A DNA stretch of 64,000 nt from Candidatus Omnitrophota bacterium (GTDB lineage Bacteria > Omnitrophota > Gorgyraeia > Aquiviventales > Aquiviventaceae): positions 42,243-106,242 of the forward strand of contig JACQWM010000004.1 in the NCBI GenBank assembly GCA_016209275.1, in the 5' to 3' direction. The notes beneath the pieces are model-generated. The model did no database searches. It was not told where the DNA came from and was given only the letters and a program-made list of their open reading frames with translations. Below, in pieces: positions 37,317 to 45,860 of the stretch (within the stretch, counting starts at the first letter, position 1; every line of letters begins with the position of its first letter). A program made the translations under genes and the position numbers.

Positions 37317-39148
37317 TGCCAACACGGATCCTGGGGATTTCAGCGTATTACCATGACTCGGCGGCGTGCCTGCTGAGCGATGGGGATATTGTGGCCGCGG
37401 CCCAGGAGGAGCGCTTCACGCGCAAGAAGCATGACGCGCGCTTTCCTTCGCGCGCCGTGGAGTTCTGTTTGACGCAGGCTGGGATCACGATGAACGATCT
37501 TGACCTCGTCGGCTTCTATGAGAAGCCGCTGGTGAAGTTCGATCGGCTCTTAGAAACGTATCTGGCGTACGCCCCACGCGGGTGGCGATCGTTTCTGACG
37601 TCGATGCCGGTGTGGTTGAGCGAGAAGCTGTGGCTTCCCGACCTCATCGGCAGGGAGCTGGGGTATTCGGGGAAGATCCTCTTCGGAGACCACCATGAGT
37701 CCCATGCGGCCTCGGCGTTTTACCCCTCGCCGTTTGATGAGGCGGCGATTCTGACCATGGATGCGGTCGGGGAATGGGCCACGTCATCGTACGGCTACGG
37801 CAAGGGGAAGGACATCACCCTGCTTGGCGAAATGCGCTTTCCGCATTCGTTGGGGATGCTGTACTCGGCGTTCACCTATTTCACCGGCTTTAAGGTGAAC
37901 TCCGGGGAGTATAAGGTGATGGGGCTGGCCCCCTACGGCGAGCCGAGGTACGCCTCGCGGATCCGGGATCATCTGGTGCAGATTCATGACGACGGCAGTC
38001 TGACCCTCAACATGGACTACTTTAATTATTGCACCGGCTTGACCATGACCAACCGGAACTTCGAGCGGCTCTTCGGCGGGCCGCCGCGCGAGCCGGAAAG
38101 CCCGATCACGCAGCGTGAGATGGATCTGGCCAGGTCGATTCAAGAAGTGACCGAAGAGATCATGCTGAAGATGGCCCGGCACGTGCACCGGGAAACCGGA
38201 TTGTCATCGCTGTGTTTGGCTGGCGGTGTTGCGCTCAACTGTGTCGGCAACGGCCGGATCTTGCGCGAAGGGCCGTTTGAGCAGATCTGGGTGCAGCCTG
38301 CGGCCGGCGATGCCGGCGGGGCTCTCGGCGTGGCTTTGGCGTTGTGGCATCGATCCCTGGGACAGCCACGGCGCGCTCGCATCGGTCAAGCGTTCGCCGA
38401 TGATATGCGCGGCAGTCTCTTAGGGCCGGCATTTTCTGATGAAGTGATCAGCGCCTGGTTGAGCCAGGAAGATGTGGCCGCGACCCGGGTGGATCGCGAT
38501 GAGCTGCCCCGCCGCGTCGCAGGGTTGATCGCCGAGGGCAAGGTGGTCGGCTTGTTTCAATCCCGGATGGAATTCGGGCCCAGAGCGCTTGGAGCCCGCT
38601 CGATCCTCGGGGATCCGCGCTCGCCGCAGATGCAATCGCTGATGAACCTGAAGATCAAGTTCCGGGAGTCATTCAGGCCCTTCGCCCCGACGGTGCTGCG
38701 GGAGCGGGTGAGCGACTGGTTTGATCTGGATGGCGAGAGCCCCTACATGCTCCTGGTGGCGGATGTCTCCGAGAAACGCCGCCGGCCGATGGCGGATGCG
38801 GAACAATCGCTGTGGGGAATGAAGAAGCTCAACGTGGTCCGCTCTGAGATTCCGGCCGTGACCCACGTCGATTATTCGGCGCGCATCCAGACGATCCGCC
38901 GGGAGGCGAACCCGCTGTTCTATGATATTATCCAGGCGTTCGATTGGCTCACCGGCTGTCCCGTCGTCATCAACACCTCGTTTAACGTCCGCGGCGAGCC
39001 GATGGTGTGCACGCCGCAGGACGCCTATCGCTGTTTCATGCGCACACAGATGGATGCGCTGGTCCTGGAGAGCTTTCTGATCGAAAAATCTCAGCAGAAG
39101 CCGGTGGCGGAGGATGCCTCATGGCAGAAGGAGTTTCAACTCGATTAG
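37316..39148 (+). CDS. NodU/CmcH-family O-carbamoyltransferase
   Basis: ILGISAYYHDSAACLL...EERFTRKKHD N-terminal carbamoyltransferase signature. ~610 aa. Confidence 0.8.
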   Translation: MPTRILGISAYYHDSAACLLSDGDIVAAAQEERFTRKKHDARFPSRAVEFCLTQAGITMNDLDLVGFYEKPLVKFDRLLETYLAYAPRGWRSFLTSMPVWLSEKLWLPDLIGRELGYSGKILFGDHHESHAASAFYPSPFDEAAILTMDAVGEWATSSYGYGKGKDITLLGEMRFPHSLGMLYSAFTYFTGFKVNSGEYKVMGLAPYGEPRYASRIRDHLVQIHDDGSLTLNMDYFNYCTGLTMTNRNFERLFGGPPREPESPITQREMDLARSIQEVTEEIMLKMARHVHRETGLSSLCLAGGVALNCVGNGRILREGPFEQIWVQPAAGDAGGALGVALALWHRSLGQPRRARIGQAFADDMRGSLLGPAFSDEVISAWLSQEDVAATRVDRDELPRRVAGLIAEGKVVGLFQSRMEFGPRALGARSILGDPRSPQMQSLMNLKIKFRESFRPFAPTVLRERVSDWFDLDGESPYMLLVADVSEKRRRPMADAEQSLWGMKKLNVVRSEIPAVTHVDYSARIQTIRREANPLFYDIIQAFDWLTGCPVVINTSFNVRGEPMVCTPQDAYRCFMRTQMDALVLESFLIEKSQQKPVAEDASWQKEFQLD

Positions 39149-39164
39149 CGAAAGGAGTCAGGGC

Positions 39165-39884
39165 ATGAGAACGCTGACCGGAATTTTCTTGGACACGGGC
39201 AAGCTGGAGGAAGTCCGCACCTACCATGAGCTTGGCATCATCCGCGGAGTCACGACCAACCCGACGATCCTCTGCAAGGAGGGGTTGACCGGCGGCTGGC
39301 CAGCCATTGAGCGGCGGTGCAAGCAGCTCGCGGCGCTGATTGATCCCTTGCCGCTGTCGGTCGAGGTGACCACGAACGATCCGGATGAGATGCTCGCGCA
39401 AGCGCTCCGTTTCAGATCCTGGGCGGAGAACGTCAACGTGAAAGTCACGATCCACGGCCCTGACGGCGGCACCGAGAACCTGAAACTCGTGCATCGGCTG
39501 GAGACCGAGGAAGATATCCGAGTGAATGTCACGGCGATGATGAGCGCGCAGCAGTGCCTGCTGGCCGCGCAAGCCGGGGCGACGTATGTCTCGCTCTTCG
39601 GCGGGCGGGTCAACAACATGGGCTACGACTCGCGATCGGAAGTGCGCCGCCTGCGGCAATTGCTGGATGCCTTCGAGAGTCCTGCCAAGATCATCGTGGG
39701 CTCAACCAGGGAAGTGCTCAACATCATTGAGTGGTTCGAGGCTGGGGCCGACATCGTCACGGCCGTGCCGCAGCTGCTGGAGGGCATGCTGGTGCATCCG
39801 TATAGCAAGGAAACGGTCCGCCAATTCCTGGCGGATGGCGCGAAGCTGCATCAGGCCATCCCGGAGCCGGCGATTGCGACATGA
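39165..39884 (+). CDS. Transaldolase / fructose-6-phosphate aldolase family (short type)
   Basis: FLDTGKLEEV...GVTTNPTIL motifs. An AAAGGAG Shine-Dalgarno lies 8 nt upstream. Confidence 0.75.
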   Translation: MRTLTGIFLDTGKLEEVRTYHELGIIRGVTTNPTILCKEGLTGGWPAIERRCKQLAALIDPLPLSVEVTTNDPDEMLAQALRFRSWAENVNVKVTIHGPDGGTENLKLVHRLETEEDIRVNVTAMMSAQQCLLAAQAGATYVSLFGGRVNNMGYDSRSEVRRLRQLLDAFESPAKIIVGSTREVLNIIEWFEAGADIVTAVPQLLEGMLVHPYSKETVRQFLADGAKLHQAIPEPAIAT

Positions 39885-40657
39885 GGCCTCATCTGGCGAG
39901 CGTGCGGCTGCTTCCGAGAAAATTGCTGTGGCGGGCCGCGCCCCGGCGCACGGTCCATGCCCGCGGGCTGCGGTTTACGCTGCAGTGCGATAATTGGATC
40001 ACGCACTACCGGTGGTCCACGTACAACACCAAGGAGCCTGAGACGCTGGACTGGATTGACCGGTGGATCCGCGATGGCGATACCTTCTTCGACATCGGGG
40101 CCAACATCGGCCTCTATACTATCTATGCGGCGCTGCGGCATCCTGCTGCGCGGATCATCGCGTTCGAGCCGGAGTACGCCAACCTGCACTTGCTGAGAGA
40201 TAATCTTATCCAGAACGGCGTGCACGATCGGGTGGAGGTCTATTCGGTCGCGCTCGGCAATCACACCGGCATCAGCCGGCTCCACATCCAGGATTTCACT
40301 CCCGGGGCAGCGCTCCATACGGAATCGCAAGCGCCCTTGCGCCGCACGAGAACGGAGCGCTCCGTCATCTGGCAGGAGGGCATCGGCACCTTTACGCTGG
40401 ATCAGTTTTGCGAAGAGACGCAGTGCGCGCCGACCTGCTTGAAAATCGACGTGGATGGGACCGAACGCGAAATTTTGGAGGGGGCGGCGCGGACGCTTCA
40501 GTCGACCGCGATGCGGTCGCTGATCGTCGAGCTCTCCGAGGAACCCTCCATCCGAGGGGCGTGCGAACGATTGCTGGCGACCGCCGGCTTGCGCCGCGAG
40601 ATGTCCTGGAGCCAGCCGGAGCGATGCGATAATCAACTGTGGGTGAGAAGCGCATGA
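39881..40657 (+). CDS. FkbM-family methyltransferase
   Basis: FFDIGANIGLYT...FEPE...LKIDVDGTE motifs. Confidence 0.7.
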   Translation: MRPHLASVRLLPRKLLWRAAPRRTVHARGLRFTLQCDNWITHYRWSTYNTKEPETLDWIDRWIRDGDTFFDIGANIGLYTIYAALRHPAARIIAFEPEYANLHLLRDNLIQNGVHDRVEVYSVALGNHTGISRLHIQDFTPGAALHTESQAPLRRTRTERSVIWQEGIGTFTLDQFCEETQCAPTCLKIDVDGTEREILEGAARTLQSTAMRSLIVELSEEPSIRGACERLLATAGLRREMSWSQPERCDNQLWVRSA

Positions 40658-41718
40658 CGCCGCTCGCCGGGCTGATCGCGGCACTGGCCCTCCTCGAGGG
40701 CATGGTTCGAGGTCTCCGTCGTGCTCGAAGCCTGACGTGGACATCCGCCCCGCCGCGGCTGCTGTCATTCCTGAGCCATCCCTACGCGCTCTATGTCCGT
40801 CGGCCGAACTGCGACGGGTTGTATCCGTCCAACAGCCTCGGCTATGCCGGCAAGCGCGAGTATCCGCCGGCTTGCCTGCCAGGAACGATCCGCATCTATT
40901 GCGTGGGCGGCTCGACGACCGAAGCGCATGATCCGGCTCAGGGACCGGATGCGAGCTGGCCTGGAAAATTGCAAGACCTGCTCGCGCAGCGGTTTCCTGG
41001 CACGGCATTTGAATGCATCAATGCCGGGACCGCCGGGTATACGTCTGCCGAGTCGCTCGCCGAATTCGCCTTTCGCGGGGTGGACCTGAAACCTGATCTG
41101 CTGGTGGTGTATCACAATGTGAATGATGCGTGGACCTGCCAAATGGTCGAGGGATTCCGCTCAGACTATTCCCATGCCCGACGCCATAAGCCTTGGGATG
41201 TCGGCTGGATCAACCGCTTGCCCCCGATCCCATGGTGGGCCGGCTATGAGCTCCTTCGAGGCTGGATTATGCGGAGGTGGGGCAAGGCGAATGCCCTAAT
41301 CTACTGGATCGCTGATCCACCGTGGCGATCCGCGCGGTCGTTTCAGCCGCAGGCCGTCGCCGCGTTTGAGCGAAATATCAGGAATCTCATCGCCCTCGCC
41401 ACGACCTGGGACTGCGTGCCGGTGCTCATCAAATGGGAGTGCGACTGGGCTGCGCGGCGCGTGCCGAATTACCTTGAGCCGCACCCAGAAACCGCCGAGG
41501 TCTATTTCCGCTATCTGCAGGCGAACAATGAGGCCTTGGCCCGGCTCGGAGCCGCGGTTCCAGGATGCCATTATCTCGATGTCGGGCCCTTCGACCCGGA
41601 GCATTTCTCAGACACGATTCACTTCAGCCCGCAGGGTCTTGAGGAAATGGCCAGGCGGGTGGCCGATGGATTACTACCGGTGGTCCAATCATTGATGGTC
41701 AGCGCAGGAGGCCGATGA
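40654..41718 (+). CDS. SGNH/GDSL-like hydrolase (second paralogue)
   Basis: IYCVGGSTT block I and VVYHNVNDAW block III, with an N-terminal hydrophobic segment. Confidence 0.5.
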   Translation: MTPLAGLIAALALLEGMVRGLRRARSLTWTSAPPRLLSFLSHPYALYVRRPNCDGLYPSNSLGYAGKREYPPACLPGTIRIYCVGGSTTEAHDPAQGPDASWPGKLQDLLAQRFPGTAFECINAGTAGYTSAESLAEFAFRGVDLKPDLLVVYHNVNDAWTCQMVEGFRSDYSHARRHKPWDVGWINRLPPIPWWAGYELLRGWIMRRWGKANALIYWIADPPWRSARSFQPQAVAAFERNIRNLIALATTWDCVPVLIKWECDWAARRVPNYLEPHPETAEVYFRYLQANNEALARLGAAVPGCHYLDVGPFDPEHFSDTIHFSPQGLEEMARRVADGLLPVVQSLMVSAGGR

Positions 41719-41835
41719 TGCGAGGATGGTGGGGTCGTCTCTGGGCGCGCGTGCGATCGCTATTCTCTCGGAAGAAAAAAACTGAGTCCGGCGCGCAGAA
41801 AAATATTTACCCCATGTGGTAGCCAGGGGATGCCG

Positions 41836-42732
41836 ATGACGACGCAAGAGTCTGTGACGAATACGGTGGCCCAGTTTTACCGGGCACTGCCGTTTAATTA
41901 TGAAGAGACGGTCGAGCAGACCTGCCAGACGATCACCGAGCGCAATCAAGTGGCGGAGGCATACCCGCCGCTTCATGCCCTGCTTCAGCGGCTTCGCGGC
42001 GCCTCGATCCTGGATGTCGGCTGCGGTGCTGGATGGTTCGTGAACACGGTGGCCTCCCACTACAAGGCTCGCGTATGCGGAGTCGACCTGTGCGAGCCGG
42101 CCTTAACGCGGGCGAGCGACGTGGCCGAGGCCCTTGGTCTTGCGGGTCGTGTGCAGCTGGCCTGTGCGGATCTCTTCGCCCTGGATCCTGCAGCGGTGTT
42201 TGGCCAAGCGGCGTTTGATGTCATCAACAGCCTCGGCGTGCTGCATCATACGCACGATTGCCGTGCGGCGGCGGCACGGGTCCTTCAGTGGGTGGCACCC
42301 GGCGGATGGGTGCATCTTGGGTTGTACCATCGCTACGGCCGCCAGCCGTTTTTGGATCTGTTTGAGCCGGCACGGCAGGCCCTGCGCGCGGCGGCCTCTG
42401 ATGCGCAGCGCAGCGCCATTGAGGAGGAGGCGTTTGCGCGCTACCGAAGGCTGCATGGCGCCTTCACCAGCGAGACCTTGCTGCGTTCGTGGTTCCGCGA
42501 TCAGGTGCTGCATCCGCATGAGTCCCAGCATACGTTTGAGGAGGTCCACGGGTGGCTGGCGGACGCAGGGTTCAGTTGCCGAGCGACGAGCCTGAATCGA
42601 TTCCAACCGACGACGGATTGGCGCGCGGTCATCGAGGAAGAACAAACGCTGTCTGATGTCTCGTACCAGCGCAACGTGAAACAACACCAATATTTTCCAG
42701 GATTTTTTGTGGTCCTTGCCCAGCGGCAGTAA
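41836..42732 (+). CDS. Class I SAM-dependent methyltransferase
   Basis: ILDVGCGAGWF motif I. An alternative start at 41830. Confidence 0.6.
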   Translation: MTTQESVTNTVAQFYRALPFNYEETVEQTCQTITERNQVAEAYPPLHALLQRLRGASILDVGCGAGWFVNTVASHYKARVCGVDLCEPALTRASDVAEALGLAGRVQLACADLFALDPAAVFGQAAFDVINSLGVLHHTHDCRAAAARVLQWVAPGGWVHLGLYHRYGRQPFLDLFEPARQALRAAASDAQRSAIEEEAFARYRRLHGAFTSETLLRSWFRDQVLHPHESQHTFEEVHGWLADAGFSCRATSLNRFQPTTDWRAVIEEEQTLSDVSYQRNVKQHQYFPGFFVVLAQRQ

Positions 42733-42744
42733 CCCGGAGCGGCC

Positions 42745-43599
42745 ATGCCAAAAACGATCACGGCTCGCCGGACCATCGTCCGTCGGGATGTTCCAAAAGC
42801 GCCTCACAGCCTGACGATCGCCCGGTCGTTGCGGGAACGGTTTCAGCGCCGGCAGCAGCTCTTCGGTGGCTGGATCTCGATCGGCCACCCGGAGACCGCG
42901 GCAATTTTTGCGCGGGCCGAGAATGATTTCATCGGCATCTGCATGGAGCACACGACGATTGACTTGGCCACGGCAGGGCAGATCATCCGGGCTTGCCATG
43001 AGTTTCGCAAAGCGTGCCTTCCTCGGATCTACGGCGGTGATCTACAGCAGGTCCGCCGCTTATTGGATGCGGGGGCTGACGGCATCATTGTGCCGCAGGT
43101 CAGCTGCCGGCAAGACATTGACCGGGTGCGGGACGCCATGTGGTATCCGCCGCAAGGCGCACGAGGCTTCGGCGTGGCGGCCGCCCAGGGGTATGGCCGC
43201 GATTTCAACGCGTATGTGCGCGGGGCGAACGAGGCGCTGTCGCTGATGATCCAGATCGAATCGATCGACGGAGTTGAGCGCATTCAGGAGCTCGTGACCC
43301 ATCCCGGCGTGGATGCGGTCATGGTCGGGCCGTACGATATTTCCGGCTCGCTCGGCCTTCCCGGCGAGCTGCAGCATCCGAAGGTGGCGGCGGCGTGCCG
43401 CCGCGTGATCGCCGCGTGCGCTGCGGCCGGAAAAAGTTGCGGCTATCAGTTGGTCTATCCTGATGCCAATGATCTCCGACGGGAATTTGAGGCCGGGTTT
43501 AGTTTCTTAGTGCTGGGCTCTGACGTGTTTAACTTATCGCATCGCAGCGAAGAAGTCGATCGCATGATCGCCGGGGTCAAGGGTCATGATCGCGCTTGA
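42745..43599 (+). CDS. HpcH/HpaI-family class II (pyruvate-dependent) aldolase
   Basis: The fold pattern of 2-keto-3-deoxy-acid aldolases and citrate lyase beta (GWISIGHPE...GADGIIVPQV...MIQIES). Confidence 0.6.
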   Translation: MPKTITARRTIVRRDVPKAPHSLTIARSLRERFQRRQQLFGGWISIGHPETAAIFARAENDFIGICMEHTTIDLATAGQIIRACHEFRKACLPRIYGGDLQQVRRLLDAGADGIIVPQVSCRQDIDRVRDAMWYPPQGARGFGVAAAQGYGRDFNAYVRGANEALSLMIQIESIDGVERIQELVTHPGVDAVMVGPYDISGSLGLPGELQHPKVAAACRRVIAACAAAGKSCGYQLVYPDANDLRREFEAGFSFLVLGSDVFNLSHRSEEVDRMIAGVKGHDRA

Positions 43600-44335
43600 G
43601 GATCGGTTTCGCCTGCGCGGGAAAATCGCCGCCATCGCCGGAGGCGAAGGCCAATTGGGTTCTGCCCTTAGCCGCGCCATGGCGGAATCCGGGATGACGG
43701 TCTACTCGTTGGATCGCGCGCGCGCCGGCATCCGGCGGCGCGAGGTGGCGTGGTTGCGGTGCAACGTGACCGAAAAACGCGATGTCATCGCCTGCCGCAC
43801 GGCGATCCTGAAGCGCCATGGGCGCATCGACGTGCTGCTCAATGCCGCAGGAGCCAATGCGCCGACACCGGCGCTGAAGATCACCGCGAAGGAGTTTCAC
43901 CGGATCGTTGATGTCAATCTCCTCGGCACGCTCTACGGCTGCCAGGTCTTCGGCGAGACGATGGTGAAGCAACGCTGTGGCAGTATCATCAATTTTTCTT
44001 CCGTCTCGCTCGGCCCTCCGCTCTCGAAGGCGTTTGCGTATTCGGCCGCCAAGGCCGGCGTGTACAATCTCACGCAAAATCTTGCGCGGGAGTGGGCGCC
44101 GTTTCAAGTCCGCGTCAATGCGCTGCGTCCGGGGTTCTTTCCCACCGCGTGGAGCTTGACGCATTTCATCGATCGCACGCGCAGGCGGGATATTCTCCGC
44201 CACACGCCGATGGGCCGGTTTGGGAAACCCGAGGAGCTGATCGGCGCCGTCCTCTGGCTGGCCTCGGATGCGGCAAGCTTTGTCACCGGCTCGCTGGTCA
44301 CGGTTGACGGCGGGTTTACCGCCATGACGATCTGA
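43586..44335 (+). CDS. SDR-family oxidoreductase
   Basis: KIAAIAGGEGQLGSAL Rossmann motif. YSAAK catalytic motif. Confidence 0.7.
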   Translation: MIALEDRFRLRGKIAAIAGGEGQLGSALSRAMAESGMTVYSLDRARAGIRRREVAWLRCNVTEKRDVIACRTAILKRHGRIDVLLNAAGANAPTPALKITAKEFHRIVDVNLLGTLYGCQVFGETMVKQRCGSIINFSSVSLGPPLSKAFAYSAAKAGVYNLTQNLAREWAPFQVRVNALRPGFFPTAWSLTHFIDRTRRRDILRHTPMGRFGKPEELIGAVLWLASDAASFVTGSLVTVDGGFTAMTI

Positions 44336-45087
44336 TGAAACGCACGCCGATGGTGGTGGCGGTCACCGGGGGAACGAGCGGCATCGGCTTGGCGGTCGCC
44401 GAGCTCTTCATGGCGCGAGGACACCCGGTGGCGGTCTGCTCGCGGTCCCCGCGGGCGAACGCGTTGCGATCAGCGATGGTCCATGTGCCGCTGGATGTCC
44501 GGCGGCGGGATGCGGTGGCGCAATTTGCCAAGGACGTGCGACAACGATTCGGAACCTTGGATGTGCTGGTCAATTGCGCCGGAGTCTCGCGTTGGCGCGC
44601 GATCACCGATGTGGATGAGGTGTTTGCAGAAGAATTGATCGGCACCAATCTGCTGGGAACGCTGTGGGGCTGCGCGGCGGCCGCGGCGGTGATGAAGCGC
44701 GGTGGGTGCATCGTGAATATCTCCAGCCTGGCGGGCAAGCGGGGCAGTGCCAACAATAGCGTCTACTGCGCGACCAAATTTGCCGTCAATGGCCTCACAC
44801 AAGCACTCGCCAAGGAGCTTGGGCCCCGCGGCATCCGAGTCAACGCGGTCTGCCCAGTGTATGTGGAAACCGAGCACGTTCTTCTATCGCTGGCCGATCC
44901 TGCCTCGCCGGCCGCCGGACGCAACGTGCGAACGTATTTGTCATCATTTGCCTCGACACAGACCGCCCTGGGCCGGCTGCCGACGGCGCGTGAAGTCGCC
45001 GAGGTCGTGTACTTTCTTGCGAGTCCAGCCGCCTCAGCGATCACCGGCCAGTGCGTGAATGTGGATTGCGGGGTGCTGCCCCAATGA
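44335..45087 (+). CDS. SDR-family oxidoreductase
   Basis: VVAVTGGTSGIGLAV Rossmann motif. YCATK catalytic motif. Confidence 0.7.
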   Translation: MKRTPMVVAVTGGTSGIGLAVAELFMARGHPVAVCSRSPRANALRSAMVHVPLDVRRRDAVAQFAKDVRQRFGTLDVLVNCAGVSRWRAITDVDEVFAEELIGTNLLGTLWGCAAAAAVMKRGGCIVNISSLAGKRGSANNSVYCATKFAVNGLTQALAKELGPRGIRVNAVCPVYVETEHVLLSLADPASPAAGRNVRTYLSSFASTQTALGRLPTAREVAEVVYFLASPAASAITGQCVNVDCGVLPQ

Positions 45088-45860
45088 GTGCTTTGCGCAT
45101 CGCCGCGATCATCCCGGCCCGCATGGCCTCCTCGCGCTTTCCCGGCAAGCCGCTGCTGGCGGTCAACGGGTTGCCGATGATTGAGCATGTGCGGCGCCGG
45201 ACCGCGCTGTGCGCCGGGTTTTCCGAAGTGATTGTGGCCACATGCGATCAGGCCATTGCCGAGGTGGTCAAGGCCTATGGCGGAATCTGCGTGATGACAT
45301 CACCGGAGCACCCGGCCGCATCGGATCGCGTGGCCGAGGCGATGGCGCAGCGTGACTGCACGCATGTGGTGAATGTGCAAGGGGATGAAATTTTGGTCTT
45401 GCCACATGATTTGCAGCGGATGGCCTCAGCCATCGAAGCCGCGCCCGAAGTTCCAGCCTGGAATGCGGTGGCCCGGATTGAAACTCGCGAGGAGCTCGGC
45501 GATCCCTCGGTGGTGAAGTGCGTGCTCTCAGGCTCCGGGCGGGTGTTGTATTGCGCGAGGGATTTCTCGGCGCTTGGAGTGCGGCGCGAAGAAGGCTATG
45601 AACCGGTGCGCCGGGTGCTCGGCATTCTCGGCTACCGGAGGGAATTTCTTCAGCGGTACGGCGAGCTTCCGCGCACACCGCTTGAGCGCGCAGGCTCCAT
45701 TGATCAAAACCGCATCCTGGAGCACGATGTGCTGTTGCAGGCGATTGAATTCACCCGAGGCTATCCTGGCATCAACGAGCCGCGCGAGGTCGCGGTGGTG
45801 GAGCAGCTCCTGAGGAGCGATGCGTCACAGCAGGGCGTCTTGCAGGAGATTCTCCGATGA
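45084..45860 (+). CDS. KdsB-like ulosonate cytidylyltransferase (CTP_transf_3)
   Basis: IAAIIPARMASSRFPGKPL N-terminal motif, near-identical to the KdsB/NeuA consensus. Confidence 0.7.
   Translation: MSALRIAAIIPARMASSRFPGKPLLAVNGLPMIEHVRRRTALCAGFSEVIVATCDQAIAEVVKAYGGICVMTSPEHPAASDRVAEAMAQRDCTHVVNVQGDEILVLPHDLQRMASAIEAAPEVPAWNAVARIETREELGDPSVVKCVLSGSGRVLYCARDFSALGVRREEGYEPVRRVLGILGYRREFLQRYGELPRTPLERAGSIDQNRILEHDVLLQAIEFTRGYPGINEPREVAVVEQLLRSDASQQGVLQEILR

Noticed and set aside
39851-41008. 385-aa minus-strand ORF
   Set aside because: Antisense to the FkbM methyltransferase and SGNH hydrolase genes. Its Arg/Pro/Gly-rich translation is typical of GC-skew artefacts.
42103-42999. 298-aa minus-strand ORF
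   Set aside because: Antisense to the class I methyltransferase and HpcH aldolase. It has no motifs.
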